NCBI GenBank assembly: GCA_002269645.1
Contig: NIVC01000707.1
Span: 124,001-188,000 of the forward strand
Source: Macrostomum lignano
Lineage: Eukaryota
Length of the DNA: 64,000 nucleotides
Reading direction: 5' to 3'
The first letter of the stretch is position 1. Each line of letters opens with the position of its first letter. Made by a program: the position numbers and the translations under genes. The notes below the pieces were generated by a model. That model did not search any database, was not told the origin of the DNA, and saw only the letters and a list, made by a program, of their open reading frames with translations. This document shows, in pieces, positions 61,766 through 64,000 of the stretch.

Positions 61766-63812
61766 TCATCTCGCTGCGGCAGACGAAGGCGAAGCGGAAC
61801 CGGATGAAGCCGACGAGGAGGCTGAGGCGGATCCAGCCGGGTGCTCGCGGTTGCCAGGCGCGTTTCCTGGCGCTGTAGAGGCGGCCGCATCAGCACCTGC
61901 AGCACCGGCGACGGCGGCGGCGAGCTGTTCTGAAAAGTGCGGCACGTACTCCGAATAGGCGCAGTCGCCAACGCCCACCCGGCTGGCGAACGGGGCGCCG
62001 GGCCTCGGCCGGATGTAGATGTGGCCGAGCGGCCTGCGGTCGATGGGGCAGGTGGGGCTGGTCTGGCACCAGCGGGCCAGGCAGGCGAAGCAGTACTGGT
62101 GGCAGCAGGCGTCGGGGACGCCAACGTCCGACTCGATGCGGTCGCAGCAGATGGCGCAGTCGCTGCCGATGTCCAGCATGTAGGTGGCCAGCCGGAGCTC
62201 GCCGCCGGTGGAGGCGTCGCGATCGGCGACTGTCGCTGCAGCTGGCAGCTGGCGGCCGGTGCCGCCGGACTGAAAGTCGAGGAAGGGGGCAAGAAGAGGA
62301 CTAGTCATGGGATTTGAGGTTCAAGGCAATGGATCTGACAGAGTTGCGGATTTGGGGTCCTGGTTAGAATAGGGGATTTTGGGGATCGGGGATTAGAGTA
62401 TAGGGATTTGGAGGATTATGAATTAGGGTAAGGGACTTTGGGAGTTCGGGATTCGGGAACACAATACACAATATGCGAATAGGGGATTTGGGGAATAGAT
62501 GATGAGGGAATAGGGGAGTTGGGAATAGAGAATTTGGAAATAGGGGATTTTGGTAATAGGTGATTTGGGAATAGGGGATTCGGGAGTAGGGGATTCGGGA
62601 ATAGGGGGTTCGGGAGTAGGGGATTCGGGAATAGGGGGTTTGGGAGTAGGGGGTTCGGGAATAGGGGATTCGGGAATAGGGGATTTGGGAATAGGGGATT
62701 CGGGAGTAGGGGATTCGGGAGTAGGGGATTCGGGAATAGGGGATTTGGGAATTGGGGATTCGGGAGTAGGGGATTCGGGAGCAGGGGATTCGGGAATAGG
62801 GGGTTCGGGAGTAGGGGATTCGGGAGTAGGGGGTTCGGGAGTAGGGGATTCGGGAATAGGGGGTTTGGGAGTAGGGGGTTCGGGAATAGGGGATTCGGGA
62901 ATAGGGGATTTGGGAATAGGGGATTCGGGAGTAGGGGATTCGGGAGTAGGGGATTCGGGAATAGGGGATTTGGGAATTGGGGATTCGGGAGTAGGGGATT
63001 CGGGAGTAGGGGATTCGGGAGTAGGGGATTCGGGAATAGGGGATTTGGGAATTGGGGATTCGGGAGTAGGGGATTCGGGAGTAGGGGATTCGGGAGTAGG
63101 GGATTCGGGAATAGGGGATTTGGGAATTGGGGATTCGGGAGTAGGGGATTCGGGAGTAGGGGATTCGGGAATAGGGGGTTCGGGAGTAGGGGATTCGGAA
63201 ATAGGCGATTTGAGAATATGGGATTCGGAAATAGGGGATTTGCCTATAACATAGCTTTGGAATAATATTCAATTCGGTAAATTCCGGGGCTCAGTGATTT
63301 GGGATACCAGTAATTTTAACTTGGATTCGGAATTAGCCTAATACTCGATCAACAGCTGCCCTCACCTCGCTAGCTCCGCCGCTAGCTCCGCCGCCGCCAT
63401 CGTCAGAGTCGTACTCGAACGGCGCCGGCAGCAGCCACCAGAGGCCGGTGGCGGCAGCAGCAGCGGCAGCGCCAGCCGGCTCGCAGTCCAACTCGTCCAG
63501 CGGGCACTGGCCGCAGGGCCGGCCCGCCCGAATCTTGTGAAAGCAGAGCTCGCGAAATATTCGACCGCAGGTTGGACAGCGCGAGCCGCTGACCGGGTCG
63601 CTGCGCCCGATGTAGGCCAGCATGCAGTTGATGTGGCAGAAGTGATCTGGGCAGGTCATGGGGTGGCACAGCTCGCTCTGGCCGAGGCCGACGGCGCCCC
63701 AGGCCCGGATGACCCGGCAGCACAGCAGGCAGACGGTGTGCGGCCTGGCGCGGGTCTGGCACCGGTGCCGAGCCCGCCAGACGCTTCTCTGCTTCTCCAG
63801 CCACTTCAGCAT
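61766..63812 (-). CDS. Tandem double RING-type zinc-finger protein (PHRF1/SCAF11-like RING), join complement(61766..62269,63366..63812), ~316 aa
   Basis: Exon 1 CLLC...CHPMTCPDHFCHINC...CPTC, donor GAG/GTGAGG. Exon 2 follows a pyrimidine tract and CTTTCAG, phase 0: CAIC...VGVPDACCHQYCFAC...WCQTSPTCPIDR. An upstream exon is not excluded. Confidence 0.72.
62480..63245. repeat. 15-bp G-rich minisatellite (GGGGATTCGGGAGTA), ~50 units, intronic
   Basis: Lies between donor 63365 and acceptor 62270; the GDSGV and IPYSR ORFs are artefacts. Confidence 0.96.
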
Positions 63813-64000
63813 GCGACGGCGGCAGCCCGGGGCTGAAATGGTGCATGCGCCTTGCAGACTACTGACTGAGGAACTGGGCAGTAGCAAAATTAGAAAATAC
63901 GGTTAATTTAAATTGTTATACCGAACGATTTAAAGATTTTGGGCACAAAAGATACGCGTGGTAACTAAGAAGCCAACAAATGCGAATTGGCATTGAAAAA

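Noticed and set aside
62270-62308. ATG 62308 as start of a stand-alone RING gene
   Set aside because: The sequence is a polypyrimidine tract + CAG in phase with the upstream donor; treated as intronic, though an internal start is not strictly excluded.

Overview
Eukaryotic (metazoan) genomic DNA: GC3-rich exons, GT-AG introns, about 30 different minisatellite/microsatellite arrays (about 18 kb, roughly 29% of the window) and decayed transposons. The style resembles a rhabditophoran flatworm such as Macrostomum, but that is inference only. No prokaryotic features and no CRISPR array. In order, the window holds: the 3' end of a Gypsy-type LTR retrotransposon with an extra decayed ORF; an inverted Penelope-like element (GIY-YIG) with two hammerhead ribozymes; a MITE with a 10-bp TSD; a two-exon disordered-protein gene; a LIM-domain gene; a muscleblind-like CCCH gene with a 1-bp frameshift; a cluster of four BIR-UBA-RING (IAP-like) genes arranged (-,-,+,+) around an inverted-repeat element containing a third hammerhead; a secreted Cys-rich protein; a TRP-channel 3' fragment; two RNase H-bearing LINE fragments and an LTR+gag fragment; an RFamide neuropeptide precursor; an acidic coiled-coil gene; DNAJC16; and a tandem double-RING gene. 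Highlights: (1) the IAP paralogues share a near-identical core (~99% in the pair compared base by base) starting at the splice acceptor, but have divergent first exons, mosaic RING tails and a variable QQRPALE linker; (2) a 35-bp array multiplies the DNAJC16 last-exon splice junction 19 times. Exon boundaries were derived by hand from splice consensus and phase; array boundaries are approximate.
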